Shown here in pieces: positions 44,602-52,872 of a DNA stretch of 64,000 nt. The stretch is from IMG/VR virus record IMGVR_UViG_3300042469_000981. One strand, written 5' to 3'. The stretch comes from a virus. Made by a program: the position numbers and the translations under genes. The notes beneath the pieces are model-generated. The model had not been told where the DNA came from. It worked only from the letters and a program-made list of their open reading frames with translations, and did not search any database. Position 1 is the first letter of the stretch. The number at the start of each line of letters is the position of its first letter.

Positions 44602-45515
44602 TATAGTAACGTTTTTAAATGATCTACTCGGTTTAAATGCATAACCATGCAAGACAACATAGCACCCGATTTCATATACTCAGACAAGTTAAAGATAACA
44701 GGTTCCATACCAGCATCACCACAAATCTTTTCTAATGTTTTAAGTTTATGAACCTCACCTTCATAGTATTCATGTGACTTTTTCATTTCTGAGATATTAG
44801 AGGCACATAAAATCATATTACCATACTTAACTGAATTAGTTAATCCACCTAAAGCATCATCAACATCAATATTAATAATATCAGTATGTTTTTCTAGTTC
44901 AGCAATTTCTTCAGGGTCAAATAGTTCAGTACAAATCAAAGTTTGGTCTTGATTTAAAGCAAAGATAGAACAGTCTAAGTGATACAAGTACTCATCAACC
45001 ATAGCTACTTTAATAATATCCATGTTGTATTGTTCCTCCATCCACTCATAGGCTTTAATGTTTGAACGGATACCATAACCACCAATGTATTTGTTACCAT
45101 AAAGATATTTCAAATCAGCCTCACCTTCCCACTTGTAAGGAGAAATAGCTGTCTTATAACCCATCATGTTAAAGAACTTTTCACCAACTAACTCTTCACC
45201 TTTACGAGGGTCAGAAGTAAAGTTAGATAAAATAATATGGTTCTCATTTTTAATATGAGGTAAAGAAATACCCAAATTAGCTACATAAACTTGGTCCTGG
45301 AATTTGCCTTCTGAAGGCAATAAATGAACTAAAGATCCACCAGCCATAAACTGATATAGATCCATAAATTGTTTATAAGCTTTAGGCTTGTTAACTGTTA
45401 ATTCCTCATCTGTTAATTCTTGCATCCAAATATTATTTGGATCAGATGTTGATAAGGTAAAAGGGAAGTTCATTACATAACTTTGAAATGGCAACTGACT
45501 TGGGGTTTCTTTCAT
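44601..45515 (-). CDS. Amidinotransferase / DDAH-like (guanidino-modifying enzyme superfamily) protein
   Basis: 304 aa; DQVYVAN, WEGEAD, YLYHLDC, SEYMKSGAMLSCMV (catalytic Cys position). Confidence 0.85.
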   Translation of the reverse strand: MKETPSQLPFQSYVMNFPFTLSTSDPNNIWMQELTDEELTVNKPKAYKQFMDLYQFMAGGSLVHLLPSEGKFQDQVYVANLGISLPHIKNENHIILSNFTSDPRKGEELVGEKFFNMMGYKTAISPYKWEGEADLKYLYGNKYIGGYGIRSNIKAYEWMEEQYNMDIIKVAMVDEYLYHLDCSIFALNQDQTLICTELFDPEEIAELEKHTDIINIDVDDALGGLTNSVKYGNMILCASNISEMKKSHEYYEGEVHKLKTLEKICGDAGMEPVIFNLSEYMKSGAMLSCMVMHLNRVDHLKTLL

Positions 45516-45565
45516 AAAATATACTTTATAACTGTTACGTATAAATATTAGCTAGGTGCCTATAA

Positions 45566-45594
45566 GTAAAAAAGGCCTAGAAAACTCTAGGCCT
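45566..45594 (-). terminator. Rho-independent terminator
   Basis: Minus strand AGGCCTAGA-GTTT-TCTAGGCCT followed by T-run. Confidence 0.8.
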
Positions 45595-45614
45595 CTCTTT
45601 AAAGTATTTTATTT

Positions 45615-46394
45615 TTATGCTATTCTTCCTACTGTTAATATAACTGAAGGGACATTTGGTCCTATGACAGCTGATGTATTGTAATGGATTCGGAAATTAG
45701 TTTGAGTAGCTCCATATCTTAATTCATAATAATCCCCAGCAGAGGCAGACACATAAAAATTCCAAGCTGCTACTTGAGCATCGTTTGCTCCTCCTGCTAA
45801 AGTAATTTGTGTATTAGAATCAGGAACATCTTCTCCATTTTTTGCTAACCATATATAACTACTTACTGTAGTACCACTTGTTTTATCTATTTGAGCTGAA
45901 AATTGAATATCATAAACACCAGCATTAGCTATCTGAATTTGATTTCTAATAGGTCCTCCTATAGTTATCCCATTAGAAAAATCGGTTGTGCTAAAAGACA
46001 TTGAATACGGAGTATTCTGAACAGAAGCTGTTAACGATGCTGTATGATAAGCAGATAAGTAATAGGATTGGATTGAACTAGTATAAGTGTTAAAACTAGA
46101 AGTTGTTACAAATGAACTAGTTTGAGAGTTTGTTATAAAAGATCCTGTTTGAGAATTTGTTACAAAAGATCCTGTTTGAGAATTTGTTACAAACGAACTA
46201 GTTTGAGAATTTGTTACAAAAGATCCTGTTTGAGAATTTGTTACAAACGAACTAGTTTGAGAATTTGTTACAAAGTTACTTGTTAAATTGCTATAAGTAA
46301 TTTGACTAGTAATACCTCCTTGTACAATAGGTAATACATCTACTCCTGTAGGAACAGATGCTGAAGGTAATCCGGATATTGGTAAATTAGGCAT
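45615..46394 (-). CDS. Virion protein with 9-aa tandem repeats and C-terminal C1q/TNF-like (BclA-CTD-like) domain
   Basis: 259 aa; ISGLPSA...LPIVQGG N-terminus; (FVTNSQT[SG]S) repeats; ANAGVYDIQFSAQI...YELRY...VILTV. Confidence 0.65.
   Translation of the reverse strand: MPNLPISGLPSASVPTGVDVLPIVQGGITSQITYSNLTSNFVTNSQTSSFVTNSQTGSFVTNSQTSSFVTNSQTGSFVTNSQTGSFITNSQTSSFVTTSSFNTYTSSIQSYYLSAYHTASLTASVQNTPYSMSFSTTDFSNGITIGGPIRNQIQIANAGVYDIQFSAQIDKTSGTTVSSYIWLAKNGEDVPDSNTQITLAGGANDAQVAAWNFYVSASAGDYYELRYGATQTNFRIHYNTSAVIGPNVPSVILTVGRIA
46105..46275 (-). repeat. 27-bp coding tandem repeat, 6 full plus 1 partial copy
   Basis: gtttgagaatttgttacaaa(a/c)ga units encoding F(V/I)TNSQT(S/G)S. Confidence 0.95.
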
Positions 46395-46396
46395 AG

Positions 46397-46660
46397 TTAA
46401 GGTAGTGTAGTGATTATAATATTACTTCCATCTTCTTGTAATAAATCAAATAAATCTTCTTGTAATAAAAATCCTGATTCAATAGGTGTAGGTGGAGGAA
46501 TTGGTCCTTTATTTTGATATGATAACCAATTTGTTCGTGCTTCAGATAGTTCAAATAAATATTGATTATAGTATTGAACTTGTTCGTTTAGAGGTAACCT
46601 TGCTACATTAGGTAATTGAACAAATTGTGGCCAAGATATCTCTTCAAAAATATTGAACAT
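46397..46660 (-). CDS. Small hypothetical virion-associated protein
   Basis: 87 aa; C-terminal FLLQEDLFDLLQEDGSNIII motif; ATATTTATCA motif upstream. Confidence 0.55.
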   Translation of the reverse strand: MFNIFEEISWPQFVQLPNVARLPLNEQVQYYNQYLFELSEARTNWLSYQNKGPIPPPTPIESGFLLQEDLFDLLQEDGSNIIITTLP

Positions 46661-46685
46661 ATAATGATAAATATTGATAATAAAA

Positions 46686-46711
46686 TAAAAAGCCCCACTT
46701 TCGTGGGGCTC
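46686..46711 (-). terminator. Rho-independent terminator after major capsid gene
   Basis: Minus strand AGCCCCAC-GAAA-GTGGGGCT followed by TTTTATTT. Confidence 0.9.
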
Positions 46712-46742
46712 TTTAATTAATGTTTATCCTATTGGGTAAATA

Positions 46743-48524
46743 TTAGATGGTGTTCAAACCATTAATATAGATCTTACCGTAGAATTCAGGACGCAACATC
46801 TTCTTAGCGTAGCGAGTCAAAAGACCTTTACGTGGAGTGAAGGTATCAGGATCGTACACCAAAGGAGTCATGATCAAAGGAATGTATGGAGAGAATACAG
46901 CACCTGTTTCCAAGAACTGAGAACCTCTGTAACCCATCAAGATCAAGTTTTCAGTCATGTAAGGGTTTTTGTAAACCTTGTAACGACCGTTAACTGAACC
47001 TACCTTTTGTACACCGAAAGCGTACTCCATTTGATCAGCTTCACCGTTTGAAGTAGAAGCAAATCCTGGGATTGATTCCAAGATAGTAGCTACTGTTGGA
47101 GAAGTAACCAAGAAGTTAGCACCTCCACGTAAAGTCAACTGGTGGATCTTGTTAGATACTTTTTGGATTTTAGTACCTAAAGTTTGGAACCACTGACCTT
47201 GAGTGTTGTAGTAACCTGAAGATAAAGTAGATAAAGTTGGAGTTGAACCTGTGATAACAGTGTTATTAATAGCTGACCAGTACTCAGTAGCAGCAGCAGC
47301 ATCTTCGATCAACATATCCAAGATTTCCAAATCAATTTCCATTGAAATGTACTCACTCATAATGTTAGTCAATTCAGCTTCAGCATCAATGTTCTGGTAA
47401 GCAGCCAAATCTTGAGCAAATTCAGGAGTCCATACTGCTTTCAATTTCTTGGTTTTAGCAGTGATAGGCTGTGATTGCATCTTAACGTTAATTTCAGGGA
47501 TAACGATCTGAGCAGCGTTAGCAGCGTTAGGAACTGAGAAAGAACCTGAAGCTTCGAAATCACCACGACCTGAGTAGTTACCTGAAGTTACGTTGTCACC
47601 TGAAGTACCAGCACCAGTGAAACCAGCGTTAATACCATCTTGAGAACCTACTTTTTCATAGTAAACTGTGAAAATAGATCCTGATTGAGGAGTAGAAGCA
47701 AAGTTTGCAGAAGCAGTAAAGAAGAAAGCAATAGTACCAGCAGTGTAGTTAAAGTTAGTGAACGCAGGCAACAAAGTAGTAGCTGTGAAGTTTGAACCTG
47801 AAGTAGGAACGAAACCACGAACGGCATTCATATCGAAGCTTGGTAAAGCAGCGTTAGAAGCAGTCATAGTTACTTTGTAGATACGACCAGCAGCTACAGA
47901 AGCTGAGTAGTCAGAATCGAAATTCAATTCAGCCCATGAAGCAGAAACGATAGAACCAGTACCAGCACCAACTGTAGTTAAAGCGTTAGCTATAGAAGCA
48001 GTAGCTTGGAAAGAAGCTGAGAATTGGTTAGTAGCGTAAGTGAAACGACCTTCAGGACCACCATACAAACCACCTTCAGCGGCAGGAGTAGAGAATGGGA
48101 ACTGAGAAGCAGTGTTACGGTTACCGTACAAAGACTGACCAGTAGTGTAAGGATTCTTAGTGTTACCATATTGGAAATCCAAGAAGAACACAAGACCAGA
48201 AGGCATGTTCATAGGTTGAACTGAAACGAATTCTTTAGCAACGATAGTTCCGAATACTTTACGAACTAAAGGCAAAGCAATACCAGCCCAGTTTTCACCT
48301 TGACCACCTGATGTGAAATAAGAGTTAGAAGCGATTTGGTTAGATTCAGTTACCAATTGCTTGGCCTGGTTTTCTAACAAGATTGACATATTATTTTTGT
48401 CAACTTCTACTAATCCTTCCAACAATCCAGTTTTTGACCATTTGCCGGCCAATTTAGCAGCGTCACTTTGGAAATTCTTCCAAGAACCAGCTGCGCTTTC
48501 GAGTAATTGTTGTACGTTTGACAT
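46743..48524 (-). CDS. gp23: Major capsid protein (T4 gp23-like) with Ser/Thr/Ala-rich insertion
   Basis: 593 aa; VSVQPMNMPSGLVFFLD, AKTKKLKAVWTPEFAQDL, YIPL...DPDTFTPRKGLLTRY. Confidence 0.95.
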   Translation of the reverse strand: MSNVQQLLESAAGSWKNFQSDAAKLAGKWSKTGLLEGLVEVDKNNMSILLENQAKQLVTESNQIASNSYFTSGGQGENWAGIALPLVRKVFGTIVAKEFVSVQPMNMPSGLVFFLDFQYGNTKNPYTTGQSLYGNRNTASQFPFSTPAAEGGLYGGPEGRFTYATNQFSASFQATASIANALTTVGAGTGSIVSASWAELNFDSDYSASVAAGRIYKVTMTASNAALPSFDMNAVRGFVPTSGSNFTATTLLPAFTNFNYTAGTIAFFFTASANFASTPQSGSIFTVYYEKVGSQDGINAGFTGAGTSGDNVTSGNYSGRGDFEASGSFSVPNAANAAQIVIPEINVKMQSQPITAKTKKLKAVWTPEFAQDLAAYQNIDAEAELTNIMSEYISMEIDLEILDMLIEDAAAATEYWSAINNTVITGSTPTLSTLSSGYYNTQGQWFQTLGTKIQKVSNKIHQLTLRGGANFLVTSPTVATILESIPGFASTSNGEADQMEYAFGVQKVGSVNGRYKVYKNPYMTENLILMGYRGSQFLETGAVFSPYIPLIMTPLVYDPDTFTPRKGLLTRYAKKMLRPEFYGKIYINGLNTI

Positions 48525-48564
48525 TTTTTTAAATTGTTTTTTTTTTTGTTTTTTGTTTTGTTTT

Positions 48565-49800
48565 TTACTTAATACCTGCTAATTTTTGCCAGCGGGTAAA
48601 TTGATCATTTACTTCCATGATTGGTTTCTTTTCAACAACACCAGTTACTTTAGAAGCAGATCCTCTTAACATTGATTCGTTAACAGAAGATTTCTTTTCT
48701 TTAAATCCTTCAGATAAGGTTTCAAATACTAATTTAGCTTCATTTACACTAGCAGCTTTGTCAAAAGCAGCCAATACTTTTACTTTTTGACTTTCAGTCA
48801 AGTTTTTAGCTTTGAAGATTTTATTGGTGTAAAGTAATTTAGCGTTGAACAAGTTAACTTCTTGAAGCTCAGTTTTAATGGTTTTGATAGTGCTATAAGC
48901 TTCTTCAAGTTCACCTTTCATTTCTTCCATTTCAGATTCAGCAAAAGCAGATCCAGCATTGCCAGCAGCTTTAGTGCCAGTACCATATGCTTTACTACCT
49001 TTTTCCTTAACGGAAGCAATAGCCATTGTAGCAGCATCCTCAGCAGTTTTTCCAGTTTTAACTAATCTTTCAGCTTCAGCTTCAATGTCTTTCTTTTCAT
49101 CAGAAGATGCTTTAACAAGTCCCATAGAAAAAACAGCGGCAATAATACCACTAGTTATAGCCATAGCAGAAACCATATCAACTTCATTTATTGGTTTTTT
49201 TTCCATTTTGTAGTTTTCTTCCATTTTCTTGTAGTCTTCAACTTCTTCTTCATCTTCTTCACCTTCTTCTTCATCGCCTTCTTCACCGTCAATTTCACCT
49301 TCTAGTTCCCCAGCGGCTACCATATCAGCGATTACACTTTCAATGAATTTTTTAAGGTCATCCTCACTCATGTTTTCAAGGTCGATTTCTTCTTCTTCCT
49401 CTTCAAGGAAACCTAAAGGTTCACCTTCAGGAACTTGGGCACCAATGTTACCATGGGGCTCTGAAGTTTCTTCTGTGATTGATTCTTCCATTTCTAATTC
49501 ATCTAATTCACGAAGGAGTTCTTCAAGATCTACTTCATCACTTTTTTCAGCTTCTTCCATGTTGTCCATGTCCATAGCTTCTTCAGTAGTGTCGTACATT
49601 TCTTCAAGACCTTCTTCCATTTTTTCTTCGGCTTCTTCTAAATCTTCTTCTTTGTCCATTTCTGAAATTCTGCGTGATAACAGGTCTTTCATACGGGAGT
49701 CAAAAGCTTCTTCAAGAGCAGCCTTTGCATTGGCGATGGCAGTTTCCTTAACTGCTTTAGCATCGGCAATGGCTTCTTTTAATAAGTCTCTGTTTGCCAT
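48565..49800 (-). CDS. gp22: Prohead core/scaffold protein (T4 gp22-like)
   Basis: 411 aa acidic coiled coil; DLLKEAIADAKAVKETAIANAK and EVNLFNAKLLYTNK...FDKA motifs; lies between gp21 and gp23. Confidence 0.8.
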   Translation of the reverse strand: MANRDLLKEAIADAKAVKETAIANAKAALEEAFDSRMKDLLSRRISEMDKEEDLEEAEEKMEEGLEEMYDTTEEAMDMDNMEEAEKSDEVDLEELLRELDELEMEESITEETSEPHGNIGAQVPEGEPLGFLEEEEEEIDLENMSEDDLKKFIESVIADMVAAGELEGEIDGEEGDEEEGEEDEEEVEDYKKMEENYKMEKKPINEVDMVSAMAITSGIIAAVFSMGLVKASSDEKKDIEAEAERLVKTGKTAEDAATMAIASVKEKGSKAYGTGTKAAGNAGSAFAESEMEEMKGELEEAYSTIKTIKTELQEVNLFNAKLLYTNKIFKAKNLTESQKVKVLAAFDKAASVNEAKLVFETLSEGFKEKKSSVNESMLRGSASKVTGVVEKKPIMEVNDQFTRWQKLAGIK

Positions 49801-49945
49801 TTGTTTTTTGTCCTCAAATAATTTTTTTTTGTTGGAAATACGCTTATTGTTGATTGCTCGAAGCGTAATAGATATTAAAAATCTAGATGCTATATAGAAA
49901 TAGCATATTTGTCGGGTATACGTATATCAAAATATTTTAAAATGT

Positions 49946-49976
49946 AAAAAGAAACCCTCCTTTTTTAAGGGAGGGT
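49946..49976 (-). terminator. Rho-independent terminator after prohead protease
   Basis: Minus strand ACCCTCC(C)TT-AAAA-AAGGAGGGT followed by TTCTTTTT. Confidence 0.75.
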
Positions 49977-50004
49977 CAATCAAGGGATACTATCCCAAGA
50001 GGGG

Positions 50005-50610
50005 TTAAAATATAGGGCAAGATCCGTTAGCGCATAGTATTTCTGTTAATAAAGAATTCACTTTACCATATGAATATGTTTTATGTTCTTTACCTTCTTT
50101 TACTAACTGCATATATGATCCTGGATTTGAAGGTGTTGATACAAAGTCCCAACATAGTAATTCAAAATCATCTTGAACTTCTAATGTACCTTCATTAATT
50201 TCTTTTAATGATCCCATTCCACGAGATGATACACCTACCATAACATTATTTTCAATAAGTGCTTTTAGGATGTTACCAGACACTGTGGGTAGGATTTCTA
50301 TTTTTCCTATTACTTTATCTCCTTCCCAGTAAGTTTCTCTAATAATATGGGATACATTTTTTAATGATATGATTGAAGAATCAGGGTGATCTAACTCACC
50401 TGTGGCTCTATTTTCTCTAATCATTTCATTGTACTTATCAATTTCACGTTCCCACAATTCTTTAGGATAATATCTACCATTACCATTTTTTACTTCAGCA
50501 GTTGCTAAAATACCAACAACCATAGGATTACCAGAAGGTGCTTTTAAACCTTCAGTAAGTTGTATAGGGGCAACTTTAAATGGTATAGTTTCAATTAATA
50601 CCTGTTTCAT
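50005..50610 (-). CDS. gp21: Prohead maturation protease (T4 gp21-like)
   Basis: 201 aa; NGNGRYYP, GELDHP, VSHII, VGVSSRGMGS, WDFVSTPS. Confidence 0.95.
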   Translation of the reverse strand: MKQVLIETIPFKVAPIQLTEGLKAPSGNPMVVGILATAEVKNGNGRYYPKELWEREIDKYNEMIRENRATGELDHPDSSIISLKNVSHIIRETYWEGDKVIGKIEILPTVSGNILKALIENNVMVGVSSRGMGSLKEINEGTLEVQDDFELLCWDFVSTPSNPGSYMQLVKEGKEHKTYSYGKVNSLLTEILCANGSCPIF

Positions 50611-51227
50611 TATTTTTTCTTAGGTAAATCTCCGTATCCGCTAGCTTTCCATTTGCCTTTAGGCGCTACTGGTTCACCACCGCCGATTACGTCAGTCTTA
50701 TAACCAATACCTTTAACACCAAATGAAGCTTCTTTATGATAGTAACTGATGTCTTTAGCCATGTTTTTAGCAACAATAGCTTTTAACTCATCAACTGTTT
50801 TATCTTTATTTTTAGGATCTTTCATTTCCGTGTAGTAACCCATTAAGAATGACTGACCGTAAAGGTTATCAATGTTTTTAGGATCTTTATTATCAAATTG
50901 GTTGTCTAAATCTTTTTGAACATCAGTATCAATTTTTTCAAATTCATTTTGATCACCATATTCTTTTTTATCTTTAACACCTACTGCCTCAGCAATATTA
51001 TCATTAAAGATTTTAAACCAATCTTGTTGAAAAGGTTTTAATGTAACTACACCACCGACTGCTTCAGATAAAATACTTTTACCTTTTAAGATATTAACAG
51101 CGGTTTTATAATCAGTTAAAGGGGCAATAAACTCAGGAAATACACGACGAGCACTTTTTAAAAAGTCGTCTTTACTTCCTTTACCTTCTTTAATAAGGTT
51201 GTATTGTTGTTGTAAGGTCTTTTCCAT
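50610..51227 (-). CDS. Hypothetical head-associated protein
   Basis: 205 aa; LIKE, LSEA and IAEA putative processing sites. Confidence 0.55.
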   Translation of the reverse strand: MEKTLQQQYNLIKEGKGSKDDFLKSARRVFPEFIAPLTDYKTAVNILKGKSILSEAVGGVVTLKPFQQDWFKIFNDNIAEAVGVKDKKEYGDQNEFEKIDTDVQKDLDNQFDNKDPKNIDNLYGQSFLMGYYTEMKDPKNKDKTVDELKAIVAKNMAKDISYYHKEASFGVKGIGYKTDVIGGGEPVAPKGKWKASGYGDLPKKK

Positions 51228-51239
51228 TTGTTATAAATA

Positions 51240-51467
51240 TTATGGGTAAAGTAATATTGCTCCTGATGATAAAGAAGCGCTTGTTACATAGATAGGAATA
51301 GTAAATCCAGCTGGGATAATCCAGTCTGTTGTAGTTAATTCAGATCCATTAGCGTCTTTTAAACCGGTGATAGTAGCTGAACCAGATACTACGGTAAATC
51401 CGGCAAAACTTCCTGTTGCTGTTGTTGTGGTTACTATTCCGGTGGGGTTTACTGGTATTGTTGCCAT
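51240..51467 (-). CDS. Small beta-rich hypothetical protein (candidate capsid decoration)
   Basis: 75 aa; T/S/G-rich, two [ST]GS motifs. Confidence 0.5.
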   Translation of the reverse strand: MATIPVNPTGIVTTTTATGSFAGFTVVSGSATITGLKDANGSELTTTDWIIPAGFTIPIYVTSASLSSGAILLYP

Positions 51468-51470
51468 GTT

Positions 51471-51989
51471 TTAGTTTTTAAATAGTTCTATTATATCGTT
51501 TAAGTAATCTTGGGCTAAATCAGTACCATACAATACACTATATGAATCTGGTTTGCTTCTATAATAATCAATTGTTTTACTTTTAGCTTGTTGCAATAAA
51601 GGAACTAATTGATTTAATTGGTCTTCTATACTATCAAAAGCCCTTAATCGACTTCCAATAAATTCTCTTCTAGATGGATCATTAATTTGCATATCATCTA
51701 AAAAAGTATCAACATCTTCAGCTTCTTTGATTGGTGTTTTTACTAATTTGTATTTAAACTTAGTAACATACATATTATCCTTAACACCAGTTGGACCTGC
51801 CTTAGGACCAGGTCCTAAAGTAGCTCCAGGACCTTCATTCACTTTTTTAAATCCTGCTTGTGTATAGGCACCGTAAGTAGACTTACGAGGTGAAGGACCA
51901 GTATGGTTTTCACCCTCGCCGAATGAAGTGAAACCTGAATCAGAGGCTATTGTTGAATCTTCTTTTATTTTGTATTTAAAGTTAGCCAT
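51471..51989 (-). CDS. Hypothetical head-associated protein
   Basis: 172 aa; IKED, VNEG and IKEA putative processing sites. Confidence 0.55.
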   Translation of the reverse strand: MANFKYKIKEDSTIASDSGFTSFGEGENHTGPSPRKSTYGAYTQAGFKKVNEGPGATLGPGPKAGPTGVKDNMYVTKFKYKLVKTPIKEAEDVDTFLDDMQINDPSRREFIGSRLRAFDSIEDQLNQLVPLLQQAKSKTIDYYRSKPDSYSVLYGTDLAQDYLNDIIELFKN

Positions 51990-52839
51990 TAGCAGTTACA
52001 AGTTCATCTAAAAGTTCATAGTATTGTAATAAATTAACTAAGTCATCATTACCCACACCAGCATTTTTACTTAGTGGAGACAACATATTAGTTACTTCAT
52101 TTAATTTAATTTGAATTGCTTTATCTGTAACTTTTTTAGAAACACTCTTTAATTCTTCTTTAATTTCTCCAACTTTAGTGTTGTAAAATTCTTTTAATTT
52201 TGGAGCTGAATCAACTGAATTAATGAATTCTTTTAATACTGTTTTTTGGTTATCATTTAAATTAGCATACTTGCCATTAAATTTTTCTAACATTACTCGG
52301 TAAGTTAAAATACGTAAGTCTTTATCATACGATTTAAATTCCTCAAGTAAATTATCTTCTACTTTCTGTTTAGTAACAGATGATGAAGATAAATGTTCTA
52401 ATAATGTTAATTTATTTGAAATGATTTGGTCAGGGTTAGACAAATTCTCGCTATTATATATCTCTATTAACGTATATAATGATGCGAATGCTTTATAATT
52501 AGGCAATTTAGTTTTAAAAAATTCCTCTAAGTTATAATGCTTTTGAACTTCATTAATTAGATTATATTTTTGTCTTTTTAACGCTCCTCTGTTTAAATCT
52601 TTAGATGATTCAATTAAAGTATTAACAATAGTTTCAGCTTTAGCTTCAGTTGTACTTTTGTATTTTGAAAGAGTTTCATACAATTTGTATTCTCTACCCA
52701 ATTCAGTCTTTACAAAATATTTATTAAGTATACCTATAGCTTTAGAGTTTTTTCCAGATAAGGTATCCGCCGTTATTTGTCTAACTAAAAGTTCAAACAA
52801 AAGGCCCGTATTCTTATACTTAGAATGTTTAATGTTCAT
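51982..52839 (-). CDS. Helical head-assembly-region protein (possible prohead core initiation protein)
   Basis: 285 aa; IKHSKYKNTGLLFELLVRQIT; directly after portal; ATATTTATAA upstream. Confidence 0.55.
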   Translation of the reverse strand: MNIKHSKYKNTGLLFELLVRQITADTLSGKNSKAIGILNKYFVKTELGREYKLYETLSKYKSTTEAKAETIVNTLIESSKDLNRGALKRQKYNLINEVQKHYNLEEFFKTKLPNYKAFASLYTLIEIYNSENLSNPDQIISNKLTLLEHLSSSSVTKQKVEDNLLEEFKSYDKDLRILTYRVMLEKFNGKYANLNDNQKTVLKEFINSVDSAPKLKEFYNTKVGEIKEELKSVSKKVTDKAIQIKLNEVTNMLSPLSKNAGVGNDDLVNLLQYYELLDELVTANG

Positions 52840-52872
52840 TCTTGAGATTTTGTTATAAATATATAAGGATTT

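Noticed and set aside
46105-46275. 27-bp repeats resembling a CRISPR mini-array
   Set aside because: Head-to-tail with no spacers, in frame within a CDS, and no cas genes.
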